A stretch of DNA of 64,000 bases from Lobosporangium transversale (taxonomy: Eukaryota), in assembly GCF_002105155.1 (NCBI RefSeq), contig NW_019028997.1, positions 558,001 through 622,000 on the forward strand, given 5' to 3'. The position numbers were made by a program, and so were the translations under genes. Shown one piece after another: positions 16,631 through 27,662 of this stretch (positions are counted from its first letter, which is position 1; each line of letters begins with the position of its first letter). The notes under the pieces are model-generated. The model saw only the letters and a list, made by a program, of their open reading frames with translations. It searched no databases and was not told the DNA's origin.

Positions 16631-17399
16631 ATTATATAATAGAGTTGCTTTTTTTTTTTTTTTTTTTAGGAGTCAACTTGAGAAAAATATAAAGGCCCAT
16701 TTCCTCATATTAACAATGCTGGCTATTCTATTCAATAAGGCACGACTCAATTGCCTTTTACATGGCGATGACGCTTATTCAATATAAAAACAAATGCTAA
16801 TGAGGAATTGTAGAAGAACATGAGGATCCTCAACAAGGAGACAGTTTGAATTTCAAAAACTCAATAGATTTAAAGAAGCATCATGGCCCACAATTAGACT
16901 CTATCCAGCAATGGAATAGCTTTTTTTTTTTTTATATAAATATATTTTCATTTTTTAACTTTCCTCAAAAATATTAAATACGTCTTGGATCCATGGTCCA
17001 TGTGCGTGGAGCCATACATGCACTTTGTTGGTTGCATATGCCCGATTATTTGATTATTAGATTATACTATCCATGGATCGATATTTATGCCATGCATGGT
17101 ATTTACGATATCCATCTTATTCTCTATATCGTCCTAGTCCAAGCTGTTGGCCCAGAAGTAGAACATTTCCAATGGCCTCAATTCGCATTGCGGTAACTGA
17201 TTTCAGATCGTTTTTGTCATAGTGCTGCGCCACTTACTTTATCAGAGTAGAAACACTCTTATATCCTGTTTCAGAACTTTTGCAATTTCAAATCAACATA
17301 TATTTTTTAAGGAAAATAGCAACAACAGCAAAAATAACCCCCCCCCCCCTCCCCGCCACCCTCAATCGAGCCTCATCAGGCAATTGGATCCATCCATTC

Positions 17400-17435
<36 letters not shown>

Positions 17436-17622
17436 AAGGGTTTAATGATCTAAATTGGCTTATTTTGGTGACTAAATGGAAGACACCGTAGCCTGATATT
17501 TTAATGATATTCTGATTCGATCACTGTCCACAGATTGAATGGTAGATCTAAACTCCTCTGCAGTACTTTATTTGGACTGAACTGTATTCCTTAGCTACTA
17601 TAATATTATTTCCAGGATCAAA

Positions 17623-20600
17623 TCACTCATATAAATGTGAGTACAGGTCCAAGTCAGTATCAAGGTCCAAACCGGCGTTAACCTCATTTGCCTCTATCAT
17701 TGCGACGCGCCCTTCATTCTCAATTGAGTTGTATCTCAAATACAGCTTTTTTAAAGTCCTATTAATCTTGAGCGCCTCAGACAGTGCCACAGCTCCTCCA
17801 TTCCCAATTGGGTTGTTATCCAGGTCCAAGGAGGTCAAAGTGCTATTAGTCTTGAGTGCCTCTGACAGTGCAAGAGCCCCCTCCTTCTCAATTGCGTTAC
17901 AATACAAGTTTAAAGTCGTCAAAGTACAGTTTGTCTTGAGTGCCTCTGATAGTGCAAGAGCTCCTTCATCCCCAGCTGAGTTGTTCGTCAAATCCAATGT
18001 AGTCAAAGTCCAGTTAGTCTTGAGTGCTCTTGACAGCGCCAGGACTCCTTCCTTCTTAATTGAGTTGCTACTCAAGTTCAGGGAGGTCAAAGTCCTCCTA
18101 GCCTTGAGTGCCTCTGATAGTGCAAGAGCCCCTTCATCCCCAATGGAGTTGTATCTCAAGTCTAGAGCAGTTAAAGTGGTGTTAGCCTTGAGGGCCTCTG
18201 ACAACGCCACAGCTCCTTCTTTCCTAATTGAGTTGGAACTCAAGTCCAAGGAGACCAAAGTAGAATTGGCCTTGAGTGCCTCTGACAGTGCAAGAACTCC
18301 TTCTTCCCCAATCGAGTTGCTTCCCAAGTCCAGAGTGGTCAAAGCAGTGTTAGTCTTGAGTGCCTCTGATAGCGCAAGAGCTCCTCCGTGCCCAATTGGG
18401 TTGTAATTCAAGTTCAAGGAGACCAAAGTGAGGTTAGCCTTGAGTGCCTCCGACAGTGAAAGAGCCCCTTCAGCCCCAATTGAGTTGCCTCCCAAGTTCA
18501 AATTGGTCAAAGTCCAGTTAGCCTTGAGTGCCTTCGATAGTGCAAGAGCCCCTTCCTTTCCAATTGAGGCATGATTCAAGTTCAAGGAGGTCAAAGTCGT
18601 ATTGGCCTTGAGCGCCTCTGAGATTGCACATGCGCCTTCCTCCCCGATTGGTTTGGAACTAAAATTTAAAGTAGTTAAGGTTGTGTTGATCTTCGATAGC
18701 AACAAAGCTCCTTCCTTTCCAAGTGGGCCGAAGTCCAAGTCTAAATTGAGCAAAGTTCTATTAACCTTGAGCGCCTCTAATAGTGCAAGAGCTCCTTCCT
18801 TCCCGATTGAATTGCCCATCAAATCCAATGTGGTCAAAGTCTTATTAGTCTTGAGCGCCTCTGACAGTGCCAGGGCTCCCCCATTGCCAATTGAGTTATC
18901 CCTCAAGTCCAAGGAGGTCAATGCTGGGTCAGCCTTGAGTGATTTTAAAAGCACTCGAAGTTCAGTAGTAGCCATCTTTCGAGGCCTCAGCCTAACGGAT
19001 AAATCCTTAAGGTATGGTGATCTTTTGGGTCGTAGATTGGAAAGTTCTATGAGATTCGGGGGTAGAACAATGTCAATTGTCCTTAAGTTGATAAGCTCCA
19101 TAATGCGAACAAGTATTTCATATCGCGTGGATGTTGAAAGCAATTTCCTGGTGGTGCTTTCTTGGAATTCTCCGAATTTAAGGTGAAGGGCTGATACGCT
19201 TGATCTTTTTATCACTTCTTCGAATGCTTCAAGATCAGCTTTGGTCCAGCTCCAGCTGAAGGTGATATCCAACTCGTAAACACGTCTTGCTTTGGCTAAC
19301 GCATCAAAGAATTCTCCAGCTGTAGTTCTAGACTTTAATGTAATAATCACTTTGCCGAGGTGCGAGTCATACTCGCCACCATTCCACTGCATTGTCTTTT
19401 CAAACGCCCTCTGTTCTTCTTCTCTATACGTCGAACGATAGTGATCAAGACAGACCCATTTGACATAGCCTGCTTCCGTCGTGATCCTGTACAAGTTGCC
19501 AAGTTGTTTGCCTTCGTCGGTAGTTTGAAGAAATGTATTTAGCTGTCGGAGATCAGCTCCTTCGAGTGCCTCACAGTTATCGATTGTGTTGATCTTGCTC
19601 AAGGCCGAATGCTCATCAGAGATTGCCTCCATATATTTGATTGAAGAATCAATAGCGGCACTGAAGTCCGAGGCTGGCGCGAGAGGATTAGCCAAGGGTG
19701 CCCCTATCTTGAGGCACTGTAAAAGGATGAACATGTACCTTCCATACTTGCGGAAGAACTCTGTGCTGTTTCGGATCTCATATCCTTCATGTTTGGCAAT
19801 ATGGATTTCGTTCCGTCTGCTTTTGCTTGCATCCACGGTGTGTTCTCCACATTCACATAGGAAATATAGGCGGACCTTGCTTCTCAGGGCATTCATTGGG
19901 TCCCACTTGGTGGTGTCGACAGGCAAGACTATAAAGAGTCGAGGGATCGGATATTCGTGTAGCTCGAAGTTCTGAATGAGGATAGCATTAGCGTGCTTTT
20001 GAAGGATGGCGAGTCTGTCTAAGGCCTGATGTTGCAGCTTAAGCATTTCATCGTCCTTCGCCTTCGCCTCCTGTTGCAGCTTAAACATTTCCATCTGCAT
20101 TTTAAGCATTTCGTCGTTCTTCTTCTTGGCTTCCTGTTGCAGTCTAAGTATCTCCGATTGTAGCTTAAGCACTTCGTCACTCTTTTTATCGATCTTTTGC
20201 AGCAGCTGTATACCCTTTTCAGAGCTGATCATATCGGTTTGTCCATTATTACGAGTAGTGAGGGATGAATTGAAAGGTGGGGTTGTCGTATTTGATAATG
20301 CTAAAGGAAGGTCTTGAGAGGCCAGATTTGTCGACTTCTCCAGGGAAGGTAAATCGGTGGCGGTGCTTGAGTTGTCGAACTGCGGTACCCATGTGATGAC
20401 GTCCAGGATCTTGCCAGGATAGAACGCAATGCGTGGGGGTTCGATTCTAATTGAACAAAAGAAAGAGACCATACCCAATTGAGTTTTTCACTTTTTTTTT
20501 TTTTTTTTTTTTTTTTTCTTTCAGGAAAGTTGATAAGACAGACACATTAGGCACAGTTATAAAATACTACTACCTGTTGCCATCAGAGTCTTCAAGGAAT

Positions 20601-20776
20601 GGGATGGGATGTCCATTCAACTTGAAGCGCAATGCATCTGGAAACACGTCTTGAATGTCTCTCAACTTTACATAAGATGACGAGCTGCCATTACTTGCAG
20701 AGGTGGAGGGAGTTCTGACACAAACTTCTTCAATGATGCCAGCATTTTGAAATCTTTGATATCGTTGAGTCATCAT
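17623..20776 (-). CDS. LRR family paralog 1 (intact): N-domain, coiled coil, PRLF/CECGEH domain, about 15 RI-like 28-aa LRRs
   Basis: Exon 1 20776-20574, GT..AG intron 20573-20447, exon 2 20446-17623, joining ...DGNR/IEPPRIAFYP. Repeats LxxLDLxxNSIGxEGALALSEALKxN. Confidence 0.9.
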
Positions 20777-20868
20777 GGAGGTAATTTGATGGATGATGAT
20801 GAAAAGGATGAAAGGATGAAACAGATGAAAAGACTCCTTCCATTTTATGGGTGCATGAGATGCATTGA

Positions 20869-20903
<35 letters not shown>

Positions 20904-21489
20904 CCGCAGGATAGGTCTTTGTCTAGATGAATAGTCTCTTGTGATTAGATGGATCCTTCTGTCAGAGCTGGCCACTTTGTTGTACATACAGCTAGCAAGA
21001 AAGACAGTTTGGTTCAGAAAAACAAAGATCTGAAATGGATATGAAAAGAAGCATTCACTTCAGACCCATTTCATGCAATGCCAACCATAACCACATTGAC
21101 CTCTTGAACAAAAAGTGAATACATTCATTCTTGACTGATGAAGTTTGTTGCAAGCATTGCAATAAAGCTGCTCAAGTGGCTGAAGATACTTTCCTCCGTT
21201 TAGAGTTCAATCAGACCCTGAAAACGATGGTAGGCCCTGAAATGGAATGCAAATACACCATTCCCTGTTGTAGAAATGGAAAGAAAGTCGCCTTTATCCA
21301 CAAATGAAGGGACGGAGGTCTGAAAGGATAGTGTCTGAATGCAAAGGGATCCCTTTACCCTTTCTAAAAAGATGTTGCATTGACTGGCAAGTAAGAAATA
21401 AGGTATTAGCAGTATATCCATACTCAAAACCAAAATACACTGTAATGTTGATAGGATAATATCATCCTCATATATTCTTCTCTCACCAG

Positions 21490-21640
21490 TCGACTTTGCT
21501 GGTGCTTTTTTTTTTTTTTTTTTTTTTTAACTTCAATTTTGAGGTCAGGTACATTAGCATTTAGTACAATCATGCCTTTGAACACGCTAAACATAGGCCC
21601 ATCTGTTTACAAAGCAGAAAAGCTCTTGTTTTATTGTTGC
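21490..21640 (-). pseudogene. Crinkler (CRN)-like N-terminal domain relic
   Basis: Minus strand reads ELFCFV..(frameshift)..VFKGMIVLNANVPDLKIEVKKK, resembling the CRN LFCLV...F.V......V.DLK..IK motif. Upstream flank (about 21810-21990) is homologous to about 59020-59210. Confidence 0.5.
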
Positions 21641-23358
21641 TAATGTTTTTTTTTTTTTTGTGTTGTTATTGTTGTTAAGAAAGCAGTGTTGGATTAATGA
21701 GCGTATCTGAGTATCAGAAGAGAACAAAAAAGACAAAGACAAAGGAGAGGTTGGTGGAAATATTACTGGTGTACTAGTGTAACTGGTGAACAAACGACAG
21801 TTCGAATGTCACTATAAGCGCCACCAAATAATTAGTGGCGTTTGCCTTCATGCCACTATAAATTTATCAGGGGAGGAGAGCCTTATTTATGTAATGTTAC
21901 GCGTTCTTTAGGATCAAATAATCACCCGCTTGATGCTGACATAGTTTGTAGATAAGGATGTTATATGGCGACAGTAAAGGGAGTTGATATCAAGGCTGAG
22001 AACCAAAAGCTGGCATACTTTGCATTCCTCTATTGCATAAACATTAAGACTGGTTACCCGCCTGTAGAGCTCAGTGTTACAATACAATACTAATAACCTT
22101 TACGGCAACACTGGTTCAAGTTGTCCATAAAAAAAAAGAAAAGAAAATTACGAGGACAGAGATAATACGACTTTTACAGCCGTAAACATCCATGATTTGT
22201 CAGTCTGATGCATTTTTTTTTTTATTTTTTTATTTTTTTAATTTTCCTCAATAAATATCATCTTGGGCCTATGGTCCGTGCGCATTGGACTATATTTATT
22301 TGACTATACCTGCTTGATTTTTTTTTTTATTAGTCAATGTCATTCAGAAAACGATGTTTATGGATGTTTACGATGTCAATCTTATTCTGTGTACGATTGT
22401 GATGCACGTTGTTGACCTTGGAAGAAAACCCATCCAACGAGCTCAAATCCCTTTATGGTACTTTCAATATCAAGCCCCTCACAGTATTGCACCTCTTACT
22501 TTACCAAAGTAGGAGTGCTCTAGTTTTCTGTTCCAGTGCTTGTCAAGTGCTTCTGCGGCTTCATAGGTTTTTTAAGGGAACAAATACATTTAATATATTT
22601 TTTTTGAACCTCATTAGTCAATCAAATCCATTATTTACCTTTTTTTATTTTTTATTGTTCCCTTTTTTGAAGGGTGAAATGGTCCATATTGACTTATTTT
22701 GGTGTTGGGTGGTAGGAGTCGTATCCAGGTCTCCTATTGGAGCTTCGGTCCAACCGCTCTTCATAGCTTGAACAATAAGGCTAAAATCCCCTACAAAGCT
22801 TGGATCCTCTTGCATCTAAAGTCGCTTCAGCTTGTAACTCTGTAGAAGCAGATAAGACAGAGATGTCTCCTTTATGAAAAAAGTAAGAGCAGCTTTTGTT
22901 CAGACAAAAACACAAGACAGATCACTTTCTCTGCGATGATTTTTTTTTTTTTTTTTTTTTTTTGCTAATTTGTCTCTTCTCTTCTGCTCAGTCCAGCTGT
23001 ATAGGAAAGAGTTCCTAGTGAAGCTAACATGGTTTATCAAAAACATTCTCAGCTAGAGAGAGAAGGAAAGAGAAAGAGAGAGGGGTATTTATAATTCATT
23101 CGGATGTACCACACTTAGAAGAGCGATTCGCGTAAATAGTTCTCCATATTTGGATCTATGCGGTCTGTGGAAGCATTTGCACGGCGCTTGGAAACGCGAC
23201 AAAAAAAAAGGAAATGACTAGAAGGAAGCTATGTGGAAGAATAAAGCTGGGGACGGTTATGAAGTTTACGCTGCGCTCATCCGCACCTGCAAGTCCTCAA
23301 AAAGCGTCATTTTTATACTCTGGTTATATGAAAACCTACTGAATTTACCAATGAAAAT

Positions 23359-23391
<33 letters not shown>

Positions 23392-23512
23392 TTCATTTTT
23401 GACTATTACAGTAAATATCTATATTTATGGGTTTTCAAGAGTACTGGAGTAAGGAAAAGCATCGGTAATGATGGGGAGAAGGAGTCATAGAGGCATGTGA
23501 AGTAAACGAGAT

Positions 23513-24043
23513 GTATCTGCCTTGCGGCAGCCAAGCGTTCATAATGATATTGCTTTTGATCCTTCGATGTCGGTTCTTCCTATCATACTGGAGCAGAAAT
23601 CAGTAAGCGTTGGATTGTTCACCCACTAATAGGGAACGTGAGCTGTGTTTAGACTGCCGTAAGGCAGCTTAATATTATTCGTCTGATGAAATGTTGTTGC
23701 ATTAGTAGTACGAGAGGAACCGTTCATTCGGATAAATGGTATTTGGTCCTGCCTGGCCAGGCAGTAGCCCGAAGCTAATATCCGTTGGATTATGGCTGAA
23801 CGCCTCTAAGTCGGGATCCGTGCTAGAGCGCGGCGGTTACTGCCTTTTCTGACAATTAGTTGAATACAAATAGTGCTTCGGCTCCTGAATCATGCTACGC
23901 GGAGCCAATATCCAGGGCTAAAAGTCTTGTGTGGTGCCTGCCAATGTTAATTTCCAATATTGGAAGATATATATCCATTGCAAGCGAGTTTAAAGCAGTG
24001 CTGCACTATAAGTCGTAGTGTAGCCTTGCCGCTACAGATTTGT
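23513..24043 (+). pseudogene. Degenerate 3' portion of 28S/25S LSU rRNA gene
   Basis: Colinear with the recalled eukaryotic LSU 3' end: ggcagccaagcgttcata, ttttgatccttcgatgtcgg, gtaagcgttggattgttcacccactaatagggaacgtgagctg, sarcin-ricin loop agtacgagaggaacc, ggattatggctgaacgcctctaagtc, gtagccttg...gatttgt. Many substitutions and deletions; no 18S or 5.8S nearby. Confidence 0.93.
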
Positions 24044-24188
24044 CTCAAAGAACAAACATTTCTCTCTCCTTGTTACTTTACTTTGTATTATTGTAAACTG
24101 GAAGGGGTGGCTCAAGGAGCAGGCTATGGTAACTATGAAAGTGATGAATAAAGTTATGGGTATCGATTATGGTGATTCAGGATCGCTT

Positions 24189-25733
24189 TTACAAGATCTC
24201 GGAGAGTATTTTTTTTGCGACCTTCAAATTCTTGTTAGAAATCGCTTTGGAGAACTCATTCGAAAGGTCTGAAAGAACTTTCTCTGCCTCTTCATTGCCA
24301 GTGACAACAAGTTCTCTACTGCCCGGAAAAAGACCAAGCAGTCTCCTTGTAATATTTGCAGCCTCTGAGTGGTCGTCTTGCTGCGGTTCTTCAATGTCAC
24401 AAAAATGCAGAGTAATCTTGGCCTCCTTGTTTTGCCTTGCCCTTATTGCAAGGCTCCGAAAGACAAGACTAAGAGGTACCTTGTACTGCGAGAGTGAGAA
24501 AATGGTAACAGGCGTTAAGTAGAGTGAGCCATATCCCAGCAATGCTTCCCGACGTGCTGTATAGGTGGTAGGATGACCAAACCCACTTCTTACTTGTGCG
24601 AGGCCAAGGATGTCACTTGAGAGCAATCCTGGATCTTGAACTTCGTTTTTAATGAACATTTTAGTTGATCGATCCACCTTGAATGCAGCACATCGATTGG
24701 GACCTACAAAAGCGAATGTTTGGTTTCCCTGAGACTTGTCGTTGTTTTTGTATAAACCTGAGGTAATAAGATAATTGCAGGCTCTTGCTCCAATAACAAG
24801 TTTATTGCGTTTGTATCGGTCGTGGACTAAAGTAATCTTGATTCTTGCTTTGTATTGTGTCGCTTCAGAATCAATGGGGATACTGGATGGGGAAGCATTT
24901 TCAGACTCTGCATGTGGGTCGCTTATTGTATCTCGAGCATATACCTCAGCACAAAGGATTTTTAAGGTACTTTTTCCCGTTTGCAAAATAGCACCGACAA
25001 CTCGCCTCAACCCATTGATTCCACCGGACTCAATCTCGGACATGTGCTCTACAGTTATTTCTCGATGGGTTGTGAATATATCGTCATTTTCCACGGAATG
25101 GTAACCGTCGGAAGGATTTATTTCTGAGATAATATATTCAGGCTTGAGGGCTTTTCGGAAAAAATCGAGCGACTGTAGCGGAAATATCCCTGCTTCCAAT
25201 CCTCCTTTGGAGCAGATTTTGAATACACCCGCTTGCATTGATCCTACAGTCGCCTCGAACATTTTAGGTGGCACATCCCCACGAATCCTCTTTAAAAGCT
25301 TTTGATCCTCCATGTGGTCTTTCACTCGTTTCCTTTGACATGTTCCTTCGGATATTCCAGACTTAATGCTTTCATTGTCAGTATTTTCACTTTCAGTTAG
25401 ATCATCCTCGGAAGAGACTTGTGTAAGGCTTTGCTTATCTGCTGTTAGTGTATTCTCTTGAAAAACCTGCGTACAGTCATATGCAACTGCGGTGTCCACA
25501 CACTGCTTTGAGCCATCATTTGTGAGACCAGTTGTCCCATGCTCCATTTCATCCCGCACGACGCACACATCGACCGCATTAGCAGATTTGGAGTGGATTT
25601 TCATGAAGTGCCTTCGAGCTTTTTTCTTAGAAATCGTACATAAACAGACAGGACAAACCACGCGATCCCCCTTGTAGCTTCCTTTGGGAACATTATCAAA
25701 TACAATCTCTTTGTCCCCAATGTGAATTTCCAT
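24189..25733 (-). CDS. Orphan 514-aa protein with an N-terminal C2H2/BED-like zinc finger
   Basis: Uninterrupted ORF from MEIHIGD (ATG at 25733). Contains CPVCLCTISKKKARRHFMKIH (C-x2-C-x11-H-x4-H), an acidic linker, a basic KRKRVK segment and a globular-looking C-terminal region I do not recognise. A homologous deleted copy lies at 36.5-36.9 kb. Confidence 0.7.
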   Translation of the reverse strand: MEIHIGDKEIVFDNVPKGSYKGDRVVCPVCLCTISKKKARRHFMKIHSKSANAVDVCVVRDEMEHGTTGLTNDGSKQCVDTAVAYDCTQVFQENTLTADKQSLTQVSSEDDLTESENTDNESIKSGISEGTCQRKRVKDHMEDQKLLKRIRGDVPPKMFEATVGSMQAGVFKICSKGGLEAGIFPLQSLDFFRKALKPEYIISEINPSDGYHSVENDDIFTTHREITVEHMSEIESGGINGLRRVVGAILQTGKSTLKILCAEVYARDTISDPHAESENASPSSIPIDSEATQYKARIKITLVHDRYKRNKLVIGARACNYLITSGLYKNNDKSQGNQTFAFVGPNRCAAFKVDRSTKMFIKNEVQDPGLLSSDILGLAQVRSGFGHPTTYTARREALLGYGSLYLTPVTIFSLSQYKVPLSLVFRSLAIRARQNKEAKITLHFCDIEEPQQDDHSEAANITRRLLGLFPGSRELVVTGNEEAEKVLSDLSNEFSKAISNKNLKVAKKILSEIL

Positions 25734-25752
25734 GGTACAATGTCTTCTAATG

Positions 25753-25783
<31 letters not shown>

Positions 25784-25831
25784 AAAAACATTGCCTGCAT
25801 CCGGACAAACAACAGGAATTGAGAGGTTACA

Positions 25832-26550
25832 GGGGACACCATACTAAAAAACATAAGAGGGGACACCATACTAAAAAACATAAGAGGGGACACCATACTA
25901 AAAAACATAAGAGGGGACACCATACTAAAAAACATAAGAGGGGACACCATACTAAAAAACATAAGAGGGGACACCATACTAAAAAACATAAGAGGGGACA
26001 CCATACTAAAAAACATAAGAGGGGACACCATACTAAAAAACATAAGAGGGGACACCATACTAAAAAACATAAGAGGGGACACCATACTAAAAAACATAAG
26101 AGGGGACACCATACTAAAAAACATAAGAGGGGACACCATACTAAAAAACATAAGAGGGGACACCATACTAAAAAACATAAGAGGGGACACCATACTAAAA
26201 AACATAAGAGGGGACACCATACTAAAAAACATAAGAGGGGACACCATACTAAAAAACATAAGAGGGGACACCATACTAAAAAACATAAGAGGGGACACCA
26301 TACTAAAAAACATAAGAGGGGACACCATACTAAAAAACATAAGAGGGGACACCATACTAAAAAACATAAGAGGGGACACCATACTAAAAAACATAAGAGG
26401 GGACACCATACTAAAAAACATAAGAGGGGACACCATACTAAAAAACATAAGAGGGGACACCATACTAAAAAACATAAGAGGGGACACCATACTAAAAAAC
26501 ATAAGAGGGGACACCATACTAAAAAACATAAGAGGGGACACCATACTAAA
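25832..26550. repeat. Perfect 27-bp minisatellite (GGGGACACCATACTAAAAAACATAAGA), 26 full units plus a partial one
   Basis: Seen directly. The ORF track shows 26 GHHTKKHKR units plus GHHTK. No spacers. Confidence 0.98.
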
Positions 26551-27631
26551 TACAGACCGACCAGACAACAGACAGCACTACAGCACAGCAGGCAGTGCAG
26601 AAGGGAACATGCGGAACCATGCTAAAAGCGTGATAATTTTACATCATGTGACGAAATTCCCACCGGCCGATCTGTTCCTTTTCCTCTTGACAATATTCTT
26701 TGTACACGTTATTTTCCGAGCGACGAAAACAAGAATCTTTTTAACGAAAATAAGGTTTAATTTCCTGATGAAAATCCTTGACGAAAAAAAAATTTAGAAA
26801 ACTCTCTAATAAGAGAAGACTTCCTAAATTACTTAAAACCAGCTACAAGCTTTTTTTTTGTCCACAAAGCCGTTCAGTTACAGCGCTGGGAAGCTGGAGA
26901 ACAATGGACCAGTAATTCAAGGAAACACCAAAGAAAAAAAAAGAAATAAAAGAAAATGAGATGGAGTAACAATGGTATTACCGAGGAGAGTTCACAAGAT
27001 TATGCGAGTCTGGACAATGAATAGACACAAAGTGGAGTTTGGTCAGTCGAGAAAAAGTGGACAGAGGAAGAAGGAAGATGAATAAGACTTCAGTGAGAGG
27101 AGGAAAAGAAAGGCGGATAAGGTGGCAAAGAGAGAAGAGTAAGAAAGATGGATAAGGTGGTAAAAAGGGGGGAGATATTGCTTTGAAGAAAGTGAAAGAT
27201 GCGAAGAAAGTAAAGAAGAAAGTGTACAGCATCGAGAGCAAAATAAATACCATGGAAAAAAAAAAGTAAAATGACCCCTGAAAACGGTCTGTACGGGGTG
27301 ACGTGGAGCGCATTAACAATTTTTTTTTACATTATCCTTTTTTTTTTTTATATTTAATTGTTCAAGCGAAACTGCTGTACCAACGGAGACAGAGAAGCTT
27401 ACCAATGTATTAGGAAGCCTAGCAATAGTTAGATCATCAAATGTTCGGGCACGGTTTAGAGCTACGTAACGCTTGCCCTGAACAGAATAATTTTTCGAGA
27501 TCGAAATGGGTTACTGGCAAGGTCAAGCGCTGGGATCGATGCATCGTCAGCCAATACGACCTTGTAACAGTGAATATTATACTGAAGTTTAGGGGCATGT
27601 TGCAAGTAAATGAGTGTGAGTGAATGTAACT

Positions 27632-27662
<31 letters not shown>

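Noticed and set aside
17623..20776. Canonical NLR (NACHT/NB-ARC) or NLRC3 ortholog
   Set aside because: The LRRs are NLRC3/RI-like, but no P-loop NTPase motif is present in any paralog.
23513..24043. Functional rRNA gene
   Set aside because: Only the 3' ~0.5 kb is present, with substitutions and deletions in highly conserved positions.
25832..26550. CRISPR array, or real (GHHTKKHKR)n / (MVSPLMFFS)n proteins
   Set aside because: Units are contiguous with no spacers and the context is eukaryotic. The ORFs follow from a 27-bp stop-free unit, and the homologous copy lacks them.
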